Origin: an uncultured Acidimicrobiales bacterium
GTDB lineage: Bacteria > Actinomycetota > Acidimicrobiia > Acidimicrobiales > SHLQ01
Direction: 5' to 3'
Assembly: GCA_938040365.1 (NCBI GenBank)
Contig: CALHXU010000056.1
Span: 3,456 to 67,455, forward strand
Length of the DNA: 64,000 nucleotides
Made by a program: the position numbers and the translations under genes. The notes beneath the pieces were generated by a model that saw only the letters and a program-made list of their open reading frames with translations, was not told the DNA's origin and did no database searches. Below, piece after piece: positions 9,135 to 18,892 of the stretch (its first letter is position 1; the number at the start of each line of letters is the position of its first letter).

Positions 9135-9926
9135 TTAGCCCTTGTCGAGTGCGCTTCGGAATTCTTGGACGAGTGCACCGACTGCCTCGGGGCCTTCGCT
9201 GGTCAACATCTGTCTGACGATTGCCGAGCCAACAACCACCCCGTCGGAGACTTGGGAAACCTCCACAGCCTGTTCTGGGGTGCCAACGCCCACTCCTACG
9301 AGAACGGGCTTGTCGGTCACTGCCTTTAGTCGTCGCGCAATGTCCATTGCCGAGCTTGCTAGTTCGGACCGCACACCGGTGACGCCGAGCAGCCCAACCC
9401 CGTAGACGAAGCCTCGGGAGCGTTCGCAGATTCGGGGCAGCCGTTCATCGGGAGCGGTTGGTGCTGCGAGCAAGATCGTTTCCACGCCAGCAGCATCGGC
9501 AGCTTCGGTCCACGGACCGGTTTCCTCAAGAGGAAGATCGGGCAGGATGCAGCCGGAGATGCCCGCTTCGGCGAGATCTTGGGCAAAGCGAACATCGCCT
9601 GCCCGGAACGCAATGTTGTAGTAGGTCATGATCGCAAGCGGAACGCCGATGTCTTCGTTTCGTAGCGCATTCAAAATGGACTGTGGCGTCGATCCTGAGG
9701 CGAGCGAACGATCGTTGGCTTCTTGAATTACGGGCCCGTCCATAACCGGATCAGAAAACGGGACACCGACCTCGATCGCGTCAGCTCCTGCCGCTGCGAC
9801 TGCGTGCAATGTCTCGATCCAATCATCACCGAGTCCTCCGGTGATGTAGGGCACCAGAATCTTGCCGCCGCCATCTCGCCGGCTGCGTAGGGCAGCCTCA
9901 AAGGCGCCCACGGGTTGTTCCATCAT
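9135..9926 (-). CDS. trpA: tryptophan synthase alpha chain
   Basis: 263 aa. [20 protein letters not shown] and GFVY motifs. 4-nt overlap with trpB. Confidence 0.95.
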   Translation of the reverse strand: MMEQPVGAFEAALRSRRDGGGKILVPYITGGLGDDWIETLHAVAAAGADAIEVGVPFSDPVMDGPVIQEANDRSLASGSTPQSILNALRNEDIGVPLAIMTYYNIAFRAGDVRFAQDLAEAGISGCILPDLPLEETGPWTEAADAAGVETILLAAPTAPDERLPRICERSRGFVYGVGLLGVTGVRSELASSAMDIARRLKAVTDKPVLVGVGVGTPEQAVEVSQVSDGVVVGSAIVRQMLTSEGPEAVGALVQEFRSALDKG

Positions 9927-11128
9927 TTCCTACCCAACACGTCCATCATCTGCGCAACATCTTTGTCGCCGCGGCCACTCAAGTTCATGAGCAGCGTCTT
10001 GCCGGCCAATTCTTCACGTTCACGGCTCATCCACGCCAATGCGTGGGCGCACTCGAGCGCAGGAATAATTCCTTCGGTTCGAGCGAGGAGCTGGAATCCT
10101 TCGATGACTTCTGCGTCGGTGACCGATTCGTAGCGCGCACGCCCAATATCTGCGAGGTGTGCGTGCTCGGGACCCACGCCCGGGTAGTCGAGGCCAGCCG
10201 AAATTGACTCGGCTTCGAGGACCTGCCCGACCTCGTCTTGCATGAGGTAGCTCTTCGATCCATGGACAACACCGGGCACCTTGCGCCCAACCGCAGCGCC
10301 ACCAGCTGGCTCTACGCCGACGAGCTCGGCATCGGTGTCGGCAAACCCCGAGAAGATTCCGATCGCATTTGATCCACCGCCGACACACGCCGTGACGACA
10401 TCTGGCACTCCCCCGTCGAGCAGTCGAGCGGTTTGCTCTCGAGCCTCGATGCCGATCACCTCGTGGAACGTTCGAACCATCCATGGATAGGGGTGGGGTC
10501 CCATGGCCGAACCGAGGCAGTAGTAGCTGTCTTCGACCTTTGCGACCCAGTCGCGCATGGCTTCGTTCACGGCATCTTTGAGCGTGCGAGAGCCGCTCAG
10601 CGCGGGAACGACTTCGGCGCCGAGAAGGTTCATGCGGAACACGTTGAGTTCTTGACGAGAAATGTCGACCTCGCCCATGTAGACCCGACACTCCATACCC
10701 AACAAGGCAGCGGCGGTCGCTGTGGCAACGCCGTGCTGGCCCGCGCCGGTTTCAGCAATGAGCCGGGTCTTGCCCATGCGCTTCGCAAGCAATGCCTGAC
10801 CAAGCACGTTGTTGATCTTGTGCGAACCAGTGTGGTTGAGGTCTTCCCGCTTCAAGATGACCCGGTAGCCCAGCTCTTCGCTCAGTCGGTGGCACTCGGT
10901 GATTGGCGATGGCCGACCGGCGTAGTCGGCCAACAGTGCGGAAAGCTCACGTCGGAACTCGGTATCGCCCCAAGCCGAGCGGAACGCATCTTCGAGTTCT
11001 TGACATGCGGGAACGAGCGTTTCGGGGACGAAGCGGCCGCCGAATTGTCCGAATCGGCCAAACTCGTCGGGCTCGCCCATGATTTGGTCGCTGTTCGCAG
11101 ACTCACTGTTGGCGTCGGTAAGTGTCAT
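9923..11128 (-). CDS. trpB: tryptophan synthase beta chain
   Basis: Starts at MTLTD.. (ATGA overlap with the trpF stop). FGGRFVPE and HTGSHKINN (PLP lysine) motifs. The 526-aa track ORF is an upstream over-extension into trpF. Confidence 0.95.
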   Translation of the reverse strand: MTLTDANSESANSDQIMGEPDEFGRFGQFGGRFVPETLVPACQELEDAFRSAWGDTEFRRELSALLADYAGRPSPITECHRLSEELGYRVILKREDLNHTGSHKINNVLGQALLAKRMGKTRLIAETGAGQHGVATATAAALLGMECRVYMGEVDISRQELNVFRMNLLGAEVVPALSGSRTLKDAVNEAMRDWVAKVEDSYYCLGSAMGPHPYPWMVRTFHEVIGIEAREQTARLLDGGVPDVVTACVGGGSNAIGIFSGFADTDAELVGVEPAGGAAVGRKVPGVVHGSKSYLMQDEVGQVLEAESISAGLDYPGVGPEHAHLADIGRARYESVTDAEVIEGFQLLARTEGIIPALECAHALAWMSREREELAGKTLLMNLSGRGDKDVAQMMDVLGRK

Positions 11129-11775
11129 GAGTTGTCCATATCCGAGTCGGTGGGATGATCGTAGACTGCCTCGCTGGCAGTCTTTGCATTTTGGATGAAA
11201 CGGCGGAGCGCAGACGGATCCTTCCGGCCTGGTGCTTGTTCTACGCCCGATGCCACATCGACACCCCACGGGCGAACCGCCGCGATTGCGGCTGCGACGT
11301 TGTCGGGGTTGAGTCCACCGGCAAGCAGAATCTGCTTGTCCTTCGGCAGTGATTTGGCGAGCGCCCAGTCGAAGGTTTCGCCAGCGCCAGGCACCGCAGC
11401 GTCGACAAGGATGATCGACACGGGAAAGTCCCCTGCGTGTTGTGCTTGGGCGGTACCTGCCGATACGGCCTTGATAACGGTCGGTACCCGATCGGCTATC
11501 CACAACACCTCTTCGGGGCTTTCGTTGCCGTGAAGTTGTGCTGCCCCGAGTCCGCAGGTCGAAACAAGGTCGACGACCCGTTCCTTTGCTTCGTTGCGAA
11601 AGATTCCGACCGTCAGGGTCTCGCGCGGGATGCGCCCGGCGATCTCGCGGGCTCGCGCCGGTGCGATCTGGCGGACCGACCCGGAGACGAAATTCAACCC
11701 GATCGAGTCGGCACCGAGCGCAACGGCGAGCAGTCCATCGTCGACGTCGGTGATGCCACAGATCTTTACGAACAC
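11125..11775 (-). CDS. trpF: phosphoribosylanthranilate isomerase
   Basis: 216 aa. [25 protein letters not shown] and VDVASGVE motifs. Confidence 0.92.
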   Translation of the reverse strand: MFVKICGITDVDDGLLAVALGADSIGLNFVSGSVRQIAPARAREIAGRIPRETLTVGIFRNEAKERVVDLVSTCGLGAAQLHGNESPEEVLWIADRVPTVIKAVSAGTAQAQHAGDFPVSIILVDAAVPGAGETFDWALAKSLPKDKQILLAGGLNPDNVAAAIAAVRPWGVDVASGVEQAPGRKDPSALRRFIQNAKTASEAVYDHPTDSDMDNS

Positions 11776-11778
11776 GGG

Positions 11779-12585
11779 TTAACCGCCGATTCCTGCAGCC
11801 GCGTCGATCAGGCTTCGTACGCCCTCGGCTGGACCGCTGTGGGTCACGAGCGACTCGCCCACGAGCACTGCGTCGAAACCGGCGTTTGTGAGGCTCGGGA
11901 TGTCCTCTGGGCCACGAATCCCTGACTCGGCGACACGAATCACGTCCTTTGGCATCGAGTTGGCCACACGAAGTGCTCGTTGGGTGTCGACTTCGAATGT
12001 ACGAAGGTCTCGCTGGTTCACGCCGATGATCTTGACGCCATTAGCTGGCCCGATTGCGATGGCCCGCTCAGCTTCGGCTTCGTCGTGCACCTCGATCAGT
12101 GCATCGAGGCCGATCTCGACGGCGAGGTCGAAAAAGTCGTTGAGTTCGTGATCGTCGAGTGCGGCGACGATGAGCAAGACACAATCGGCACCCATGAGGC
12201 GAGCGTCGAGAACGTCGTGGGCCGAGACGGTGAAGTCCTTCCGCAGAATCGGGATGGTCACCGCCGCCTTAACCGCCTGAAGATCAGCCACAGACCCACC
12301 GAAGTACTGCTCGTCGGTGAGGACCGAACAGCACGCCGCGCCGCCGGCGACGTACTCTTGGCTGAGCAGCCCAGGATCGAGGTCGATATTGAGATCACCC
12401 TTCGACGGCGAACGTCGCTTCACTTCGGAAATCACCCCGAGGGATGGAGCCGAGCGCAATGCGTCGCCGAATCCGCGGGCCCGATCCATTGACTTTGCTT
12501 GTTCGATCAGCGGTTCGAGCGGACGCTGATCATCAGCCGCAGCAGCGCGGTGGGTCTCGAGGATGCCGTCGAGATAGGTCGTCAT
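11779..12585 (-). CDS. trpC: indole-3-glycerol phosphate synthase
   Basis: Starts at MTTYLDGIL (4-nt overlap with the ygfZ stop). [17 protein letters not shown] and IGVNQRDL motifs. Confidence 0.93.
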   Translation of the reverse strand: MTTYLDGILETHRAAAADDQRPLEPLIEQAKSMDRARGFGDALRSAPSLGVISEVKRRSPSKGDLNIDLDPGLLSQEYVAGGAACCSVLTDEQYFGGSVADLQAVKAAVTIPILRKDFTVSAHDVLDARLMGADCVLLIVAALDDHELNDFFDLAVEIGLDALIEVHDEAEAERAIAIGPANGVKIIGVNQRDLRTFEVDTQRALRVANSMPKDVIRVAESGIRGPEDIPSLTNAGFDAVLVGESLVTHSGPAEGVRSLIDAAAGIGG

Positions 12586-13424
12586 GGCTGGTCCGCCGGC
12601 ACTTGTGTCACGTCGACAGGGCGCCCGGCGAGTGAGAAGTTGGTGGCGTCGAACGCCGACCGCTTGATGTAGGCAAGGGCAGCAAAGTCGGCCCCGTTGT
12701 TCGCAACCGAGGTGATCGTTCCTACCGGTGCGTCGTCGATGGTCAGCTCGTCGCCGACCGACGCGCTTCCCGATCCTTGCACCACGCGCAGACGTCGGGG
12801 CGTGTTGTCGCCTCGTGAATCGACACGTGCAACGAGTTCTTGGCCCGTGTAGCAACCCTTTGTAAACGAGACCGACCGGTTGACGATTCGGGCTTCTGCG
12901 GGGATGGTCGATTCGGTGAGCTCGGAGCCCATTGCGGGGATACCGGCAAGGATTCGTCGAAGCTGGTAGCTGTTTTCGTCGGCCGGGTCGGCCATTGGTG
13001 GTGCGAGGTCCGGTCCTATGACATCGGTTCCGCCAGCATCGGCCGATGGCGCGACGATCGGTGCGTCTGGGAAACCGTCCGCAAGATCATCTGCGGCTCC
13101 AAAGTAGGCGTGCAACGTCCACGTCTCGAGTGCGAGGTCGGCCTTGGTGCGGAGCTTGAAACGCTTCAGGCGGGTAAGCAGAACCTCGCCGTAGCCCGCA
13201 TCGACATCACACAAGAAACCGTCTTCTGCGGTGCGGGTTGCCCGGAACCACGCGTCGACCTTGCCCTGTGGCGACAGGATGAAGCTCCACGCCGACTCGC
13301 CGACGGCGAGGCCTGCAACGTCTTGGCTGACCTGGCCCTGCAAATAGCTCGTGGCCTCGGCTCCCTGCACCGACACGACATCTCGTTCACCGACGAACAC
13401 GTTTTTCGTACCTGACTCACTCAT
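12582..13424 (-). CDS. ygfZ: YgfZ/GcvT-fold folate-binding protein
   Basis: Starts at MSESGTK (4-nt overlap with the trpE stop). Carries the YgfZ signature KGCYTGQE (FTKGCYTGQELVARV). Confidence 0.8.
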   Translation of the reverse strand: MSESGTKNVFVGERDVVSVQGAEATSYLQGQVSQDVAGLAVGESAWSFILSPQGKVDAWFRATRTAEDGFLCDVDAGYGEVLLTRLKRFKLRTKADLALETWTLHAYFGAADDLADGFPDAPIVAPSADAGGTDVIGPDLAPPMADPADENSYQLRRILAGIPAMGSELTESTIPAEARIVNRSVSFTKGCYTGQELVARVDSRGDNTPRRLRVVQGSGSASVGDELTIDDAPVGTITSVANNGADFAALAYIKRSAFDATNFSLAGRPVDVTQVPADQP

Positions 13425-14953
13425 AGAGCAGCCTTTCGCTGTTGGGTCATCAACCGTGCACCGGGTACCGCTGCGAGCAGTGCCTTTGCCTTGTTGATGC
13501 ACTCGTTGTGCTCATCGATCGCAACGCTGTCGGCCACGATGCCGGCGCCGGCTTGCACCGAGGCGTTGTTGCCGACGATGAACATCGTACGGATCGCGAT
13601 CGCCGTGTCGATATTGCCCGAAAAATCGAGGTAGCCGACCACGCCGGCGTACGGGCCGCGCTTGACTGGTTCGAGGGCATCGATGATCTCCATCGCCCGT
13701 ACCTTCGGGGCTCCCGAAACGGTGCCGGCGGGCAGCGTGGCCCGAAGCACATCGATTGCGGTCTTGCCCGCAGCGAGCGTGCCACTCACCTGTGAGGTGA
13801 GGTGCATGACGTGGCTATATCGCTCGAGGGTCATCACTTGGTCGCGCGTCTCGGATCCGAACTCGATGACCCGCCCAATGTCGTTTCGTGCCAAATCGAC
13901 GAGCATGACATGTTCGGCGACCTCTTTGGGGTGCTCACGCAACTCGGCGCCGAGGCGTTGGTCCTCTTCTTCGTTCGCTCCACGCGGGCGAGTTCCGGCG
14001 ATTGGCCGGGAGATGACCTTGTCGTCTCGGAGCTGAACCATTGGTTCGGGCGATGCACCGACGATGTGCACGTCGCCGATGCGCAGAAAGTACATGTACG
14101 GGCTCGGGTTGACCTGGCGCAGCACGCGGTAGAGGTCGAAGGGGTCAGCGTCGAGTTCAAAGTCGAAGCGTTGCGACAGCACCACCTGGAAGATGTCGCC
14201 AGCGAGGATGTGTTCTTTCGCTACGTCGACCGCAGCGCAGTACATTGCCTCACCCATCGTCGAGGTGGCCTCGGGCAGTGGCGCATCGAGCGGAGGCGGC
14301 GTAACAAGCGGCTCGTCCAGCGGCCGTGCGCCGTCTCGCTGGAGCGACTCGAGTCGCTGGATAGCCTCGGCGTAGATCTGGCGGAGTTCGTCGTTGGTGG
14401 CCCCTTCGGGGATCAATGCGTTCGAGATCAGCGTGACCTGCTGTTTCCAGTGATCAAAGGCAGCGATCTCGCCAATGAGCGCCATAACCGCGTCGGCATG
14501 GCCTCGATCGTCGGTTGGAATGTTGGGCAGGCGTTCGACCTCGCGAACAACGTCGTAGCCGAGGTACCCCATAAGCCCTGAGTGCAACGGCGGCAGGCCG
14601 GCAATGTCTGGAGTCGAGAACTCGTCGAGTACCGCTTCGAGCGTTGCGAGCATGCCGTCCTCGCCGCGAAGCTCGGCGGCAGCTGGCCCAGAGATTTCGA
14701 GCGTCCCGTCTTTCGACACGATCGTTGCGAGCGGGTTCCGTCCGAGGAACGACCAGCGGCTCCACCGTTCACCATTCTCAACCGATTCGAGAAGGAAGCC
14801 GTCTTGCTCGCCGACACACCGCGCAAAGATCGCCACCGGTGTCACCTGATCGGCGAGCAACGATCGCCACACGGGAACCACTCGGTGGTCTTTCGCATAG
14901 GCGAGGAATGCGTCGAGTCCGGGTTCGACTGGTGCAGCGTCGGGAGTGCTCAT
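13421..14953 (-). CDS. trpE: anthranilate synthase component I
   Basis: 510 aa. LLESV, chorismate-binding core, GTVSGAPK, RGPYAG and GAGIVADS motifs. Confidence 0.95.
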   Translation of the reverse strand: MSTPDAAPVEPGLDAFLAYAKDHRVVPVWRSLLADQVTPVAIFARCVGEQDGFLLESVENGERWSRWSFLGRNPLATIVSKDGTLEISGPAAAELRGEDGMLATLEAVLDEFSTPDIAGLPPLHSGLMGYLGYDVVREVERLPNIPTDDRGHADAVMALIGEIAAFDHWKQQVTLISNALIPEGATNDELRQIYAEAIQRLESLQRDGARPLDEPLVTPPPLDAPLPEATSTMGEAMYCAAVDVAKEHILAGDIFQVVLSQRFDFELDADPFDLYRVLRQVNPSPYMYFLRIGDVHIVGASPEPMVQLRDDKVISRPIAGTRPRGANEEEDQRLGAELREHPKEVAEHVMLVDLARNDIGRVIEFGSETRDQVMTLERYSHVMHLTSQVSGTLAAGKTAIDVLRATLPAGTVSGAPKVRAMEIIDALEPVKRGPYAGVVGYLDFSGNIDTAIAIRTMFIVGNNASVQAGAGIVADSVAIDEHNECINKAKALLAAVPGARLMTQQRKAAL

Positions 14954-14955
14954 CG

Positions 14956-15321
14956 TTATAGGTACAACCCTGTCGAACCTTCTTCGAGTCGTTCGGCGGC
15001 GACGGCGTGCACGTCTCGCTCGCGCAAGATGACGTAGTCGACTCCCCCGACCTCAACCTCGAATCGGTCGTTCGGGTTGAACAGGACCCGGTCACCAATC
15101 TCCATGTTGCGAACGTTTGGACCTGCAGCGACGACGGCCGCCCACGTCAGCCGCTTGCCGACCTGGGCGGTTGCCGGAATCAAGATTCCGCCGGTCGAGC
15201 GCCGTTCACCGTCTTCATCGCTGTGGCCAACGAGGATTCGGTCGTTCAGCATCTTGATCGGGAGTCGTTCGCCGCTGTCGTTCGAAGCAGCGAAACCGGA
15301 GTCTTTGGTGGTACCAGGCAC
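14956..15321 (-). CDS. GroES (Cpn10) family protein with a 12-aa C-terminal tail ending in GLYL
   Basis: 121 aa with a GTG start. LPIKMLNDRILV...STGGILIP...IGDRVLF...YVILRERDVHAV aligns along the full GroES length. Its stop lies 2 nt upstream of the trpE start. Confidence 0.8.
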   Translation of the reverse strand: MPGTTKDSGFAASNDSGERLPIKMLNDRILVGHSDEDGERRSTGGILIPATAQVGKRLTWAAVVAAGPNVRNMEIGDRVLFNPNDRFEVEVGGVDYVILRERDVHAVAAERLEEGSTGLYL

Positions 15322-15413
15322 CGGCCCAATCTACTGGCGAGGGCGATCAGTCACGCCCGGGCGCACCGGTAGCCCAGCCGAGTTGTGCAATTCGCCAGAT
15401 CGGTGAGGAAATC

Positions 15414-16076
15414 GTGGCGAATCCTGCGACGATGGTCGAAATGGCAGTCGCAATCCTCGACTACAACGCGGGCAACGTCACGTCGGTAGCCCACGCGGTC
15501 TCAAAACTTGGTTTCGAGGCGACAGTTACTGCCGATCATGAGCTGATTCGTGCTGCCGACCGCGTGATCTTCCCAGGCGTCGGAGCGGCAGCGACGTGTA
15601 TGGCGGTCGTACGCGAACGCGGACTCGACGTTGCATTGCGCGACGCGGTCGAGTCGGGAAAGCCCGTCTTTGGTATCTGCGTTGGCATGCAGCTGTTGTT
15701 CGATCACAGCGAAGAGGATGGCGGCGTCGACTGCTTGGGCCTGCTCCCTGGCAAGGTCCGCCGCTTCGAACTCGAAGATCCAACGCTCAAAGTTCCCCAC
15801 ATGGGATGGAACCCGGTTCGCATCAAAGACGACGAACCAATCTATTCGGGACTCACCTCGACGAGCGATGAGGACGCCACCGATCCGGCGTTCTATTTCG
15901 TTCACAGCTACTACTGCGACCCCGACCCGTCGATCGAGGTGATCGCCACAACCGACCACGGTCACGAATTTTGTGTCGGCGTGCGCAAGGACAACCTCGT
16001 CGCAATGCAATGTCACCCCGAGAAGAGCGGACCCGTCGGCATGTCGGTCCTCGCCTCATTCCTGGAGAGTCGCTAA
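15414..16076 (+). CDS. hisH: imidazole glycerol phosphate synthase, glutaminase subunit
   Basis: [18 protein letters not shown] (catalytic Cys) and HPEKS motifs. The start is uncertain: GTG at 15414, or ATG at 15432 or 15441. Confidence 0.93.
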   Translation: MANPATMVEMAVAILDYNAGNVTSVAHAVSKLGFEATVTADHELIRAADRVIFPGVGAAATCMAVVRERGLDVALRDAVESGKPVFGICVGMQLLFDHSEEDGGVDCLGLLPGKVRRFELEDPTLKVPHMGWNPVRIKDDEPIYSGLTSTSDEDATDPAFYFVHSYYCDPDPSIEVIATTDHGHEFCVGVRKDNLVAMQCHPEKSGPVGMSVLASFLESR

Positions 16077-16078
16077 CA

Positions 16079-16855
16079 ATGGCACTACTCAAGCGCGTCA
16101 TCATCTGCCTCGACGTTCGAGCTGGCCAGGTCACTAAGGGGGTCAAGTTCCAAGGCAACGTCGACCTCGGCGATCCAGTCGAGTACGCCGTGCGCTACGA
16201 CGAGCAGGGCGTTGACGAACTCGTCTTCTACGACATCACGGCCTCAGCGGAGGATCGAAACCTTTTTCTCGATGTCGTGGAGAATGTCGCTGCATCGATC
16301 CACATCCCGTTTTCGGTCGGTGGAGGGATCGATTCGCTCGAAGCAATGCGGTCGGTTTTGCTCGCAGGCGCAGAGAAGGTCAGCCTGAACTCGCCAGCGG
16401 TCCGTAATCCTGAACTGCTCGGCGAAGGCGCCAAAGCCTTCGGGAGTCAGTGCATCGTGCTCGGCGTCGACGCCAAGAAGGTCGAAGCGAGCCAGAACAT
16501 TCCGTCTGGATACGAGGTGGTCATCCAAGGTGGTCGCACGCCGACCGGCAAGGATGCACTCGAGTGGGTTCTCGAGGCGGAATCTCGGGGAGCCGGTGAG
16601 ATCTGCCTCAACGCGATCGATACCGACGGCGTTCGCGATGGTTATGAACTGACACTGACGAAGATGGTCTCAGACGCGGTGACGATTCCGGTCATAGCTT
16701 CGGGAGGCGGTGGCGAACCGAGCCACCTCACCGATGCGGTGACCACCGGGGGCGCTGACGCTGCGCTCGTTGCCTCGATGGTCCACTACGGCGATTACAC
16801 CGTCGGCCAGATTAAGGCCGCAATGGCCGCCGACGGCGTCCCCGTCCGGCTCTAG
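16079..16855 (+). CDS. hisF: imidazole glycerol phosphate synthase, cyclase subunit
   Basis: Starts at [13 protein letters not shown], 2 nt after the hisH stop. VGGGI and ASGGGG motifs. Confidence 0.94.
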   Translation: MALLKRVIICLDVRAGQVTKGVKFQGNVDLGDPVEYAVRYDEQGVDELVFYDITASAEDRNLFLDVVENVAASIHIPFSVGGGIDSLEAMRSVLLAGAEKVSLNSPAVRNPELLGEGAKAFGSQCIVLGVDAKKVEASQNIPSGYEVVIQGGRTPTGKDALEWVLEAESRGAGEICLNAIDTDGVRDGYELTLTKMVSDAVTIPVIASGGGGEPSHLTDAVTTGGADAALVASMVHYGDYTVGQIKAAMAADGVPVRL

Positions 16856-17439
16856 AGCTTGCCTTTTGTCGAGGGGAGTCCGCCACCGGTGATCGCCACG
16901 GCGTCTCGGAGTGCTCGTGCGACACTCTTGAAGGTGGCCTCGACGAGGTGGTGACTGTTCTTTCCTCGTGCCGACACGATGTGGATGGTGATACCTGCCG
17001 AGGTGATGAACGCCCTCCAGAACTCTTCGGAGAGCTGGGGGTCAAATGGGGGTTGGCCCAAGATGACCTCGCCGGGGAACTCGACGTCGTAGTGCATGTA
17101 TGGCCGACCCGAAAGGTCGAGCGCGACGTCGATGAGCGCTTCGTCGAGCGGAACCGAGTTCGAGGCGAACCGGCGAACGCCGATCTTGTCGCCGAGTGCC
17201 TGTTTGAAGACTTCGCCGAGCAGAATCCCGGTGTCTTCGACGGTGTGATGGGCGTCGATCTCGAGGTCGCCTTTGGCGTGGACGACGAGGTCGAATCCGC
17301 CGTGGCGTCCAAGCTGATCGAGCATGTGATCAAAGAACGGGAGGCCGGTATTGCAATCGGTGGTACCCGAGCCGTCGAGGGTCATCTCGATGTCGATTTG
17401 GGTTTCTTTGGTTGCACGTGATGCTGACGCTGAACGCAT
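16852..17439 (-). CDS. hisB: imidazoleglycerol-phosphate dehydratase
   Basis: 195 aa. [17 protein letters not shown] and NSHH motifs. Its stop overlaps the hisF stop on the opposite strand (shared CTAG, 16852-16855). Confidence 0.94.
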   Translation of the reverse strand: MRSASASRATKETQIDIEMTLDGSGTTDCNTGLPFFDHMLDQLGRHGGFDLVVHAKGDLEIDAHHTVEDTGILLGEVFKQALGDKIGVRRFASNSVPLDEALIDVALDLSGRPYMHYDVEFPGEVILGQPPFDPQLSEEFWRAFITSAGITIHIVSARGKNSHHLVEATFKSVARALRDAVAITGGGLPSTKGKL

Positions 17440-17448
17440 GAGTCCAGT

Positions 17449-18525
17449 CTACGCCTGCAGAACGTTCCTGACGGCGACGAGAAACGCATCGTTTTCTTCG
17501 GGTGTCCCGATCGTGACTCGTAGACAGTTCTCAAGTCGGGGCCAGTTCGCGGTGTTTCGTACCAACACGGAATGTTCGATCAGGCCTTGCCAGAGATCGT
17601 CACCGGCCATGTCGTGTGCTTTGAACAGGAAGAAGTTCGCTCCGCTCGGCCATACCTCGACCGGGAGGTCTGACATCTGGGCCATGACTCTCTGACGCTC
17701 CGAGACGATCTTTTCGACCTGGGCGTCCATTGCGTCATGGAAGTCGAGCGCTATTGAACCAGCGAGTTGTTTGAACGCGTCGAGGTGGTACGGGAGCACG
17801 ACCTTGTACAGCTCGTCGACGATCCATTCTGGCCCAATGAGGTAGCCGAGTCGTGCGGCTGCCATCGACCAGGTCTTCGAGAAGGTACGGCTGACGACCA
17901 TGGGGACGTCGGCACCGACCTTGTCGACCGCTGAAGTCTCGGCGAATTGGCCGTAGGCCTCGTCGACGACGAGCAGTCCGTTTGTTCCCGACATGATCTC
18001 GAGGACTCGGTCGACGGTGTCTGGAGGGTCGACGACGCCGGTGGGGTTGTTTGGGGTGCACATGAACACGACGTGGGGTTGGTGTTGGTCAACAATTCGC
18101 TCAACCTCGTCGAGGTCGAGCGAGAAGTCGTCCGCGCGAGCGCCTTCGATGACCGTGGTGGCCGTCGCCTTCCCAATTTGGCCATGCATGGCATAGGTCG
18201 GTTCGAAGACCGCCGCGGTTCTTCCTGCGCCGCCGAAGGTCAGCAAGATTGTTTGGAGCACTTCGTTGGATCCGTTGGCAACGAATAGTTCGTCTGCTGA
18301 GCGGCCGTATCGGTCGCCGATCTTGGCCCGAAGTTCGGTCGCTGCACGGTCGGGGTACCGGTTCCATGCAATATCGGCAATCGCTTCGGCGAGCGCGGCG
18401 TCGAAGGCTTCGGGGAGGCTCGTCGGCGCTTCGTTCGTATTGAGGCGGACATCGACGTCGATCTGTGGCGAGTGGTAGCCGGCGCGGAGTGCAAGATCGG
18501 CACGCACCTGTGGGCGCGAGGTCAT
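17449..18525 (-). CDS. hisC: histidinol-phosphate aminotransferase
   Basis: 358 aa. Class II aminotransferase pattern (NPTG, SRTFSK PLP lysine). Confidence 0.92.
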   Translation of the reverse strand: MTSRPQVRADLALRAGYHSPQIDVDVRLNTNEAPTSLPEAFDAALAEAIADIAWNRYPDRAATELRAKIGDRYGRSADELFVANGSNEVLQTILLTFGGAGRTAAVFEPTYAMHGQIGKATATTVIEGARADDFSLDLDEVERIVDQHQPHVVFMCTPNNPTGVVDPPDTVDRVLEIMSGTNGLLVVDEAYGQFAETSAVDKVGADVPMVVSRTFSKTWSMAAARLGYLIGPEWIVDELYKVVLPYHLDAFKQLAGSIALDFHDAMDAQVEKIVSERQRVMAQMSDLPVEVWPSGANFFLFKAHDMAGDDLWQGLIEHSVLVRNTANWPRLENCLRVTIGTPEENDAFLVAVRNVLQA

Positions 18526-18713
18526 CGATATGCCCGCACTGCGCTCTGTAGGTTTCGGCCGGCCCCATGGAGCGACCGTTCCACCTCGAAGAGCCGGACA
18601 GCAATGTCGTCGCGATCTCCCCCGCGATGCTTTTGTGCGACCTTGACGATCCGGTCGACGAGTTCGTCGATTTGGGTTGCCATGCTCGAGAGTTCGGCCA
18701 AGTCAGATTCCAT
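18522..18713 (-). CDS. 63-aa hypothetical helical protein, translationally coupled to hisC
   Basis: ATG start, ATGA overlap with the hisC start. By my count about two thirds of third codon positions are G/C. No motif recognised. Confidence 0.55.
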   Translation of the reverse strand: MESDLAELSSMATQIDELVDRIVKVAQKHRGGDRDDIAVRLFEVERSLHGAGRNLQSAVRAYR

Positions 18714-18801
18714 GGCCCAAACCTATGGAGCTTTACCGATCGGCGCAACGCCCCCAGATTTCATGGCCGCGCGACCCATGACAGAGCGCCCAAAACGAAC
18801 G

Positions 18802-18831
18802 AAAAGGCGAACGCTAGGCGTTCGCCCTTTC
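18802..18831 (-). terminator. intrinsic-terminator-like hairpin in the 5' leader of the small-ORF-hisC-hisB operon
   Basis: The minus-strand RNA reads GAAAGGGCGAACGC-CUA-GCGUUCGCCUUUUC. This gives a 14-bp stem with one G-U pair, followed by GUUCGUUUUGGG. It lies about 90 nt upstream of the ATG at 18713. Confidence 0.6.
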
Positions 18832-18848
18832 GATGACATCGGACAGGA

Positions 18849-18892
18849 GGCGAACCCCACCGATGTCCAGAGAACGTTCGGCGAGGTGGTGG
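18849..18892 (-). promoter_or_regulatory. candidate antiterminator and upstream sensing segment
   Basis: GGGGUUCGCC (18858-18849 on the minus strand) pairs at 9 of 10 positions with GGCGAACGCC in the terminator 5' arm. GCCGAAC (18882-18876) and the CAC CAC pair (18891-18886) lie just upstream. Confidence 0.4.

Noticed and set aside
9923-13502. Long N-terminal extensions of the trpB (526 aa), trpC (358 aa) and ygfZ (306 aa) track ORFs
   Set aside because: The extensions overlap the preceding gene in another frame and are Arg-rich nonsense. Internal ATG starts give canonical N-termini and 4-nt start/stop overlaps.
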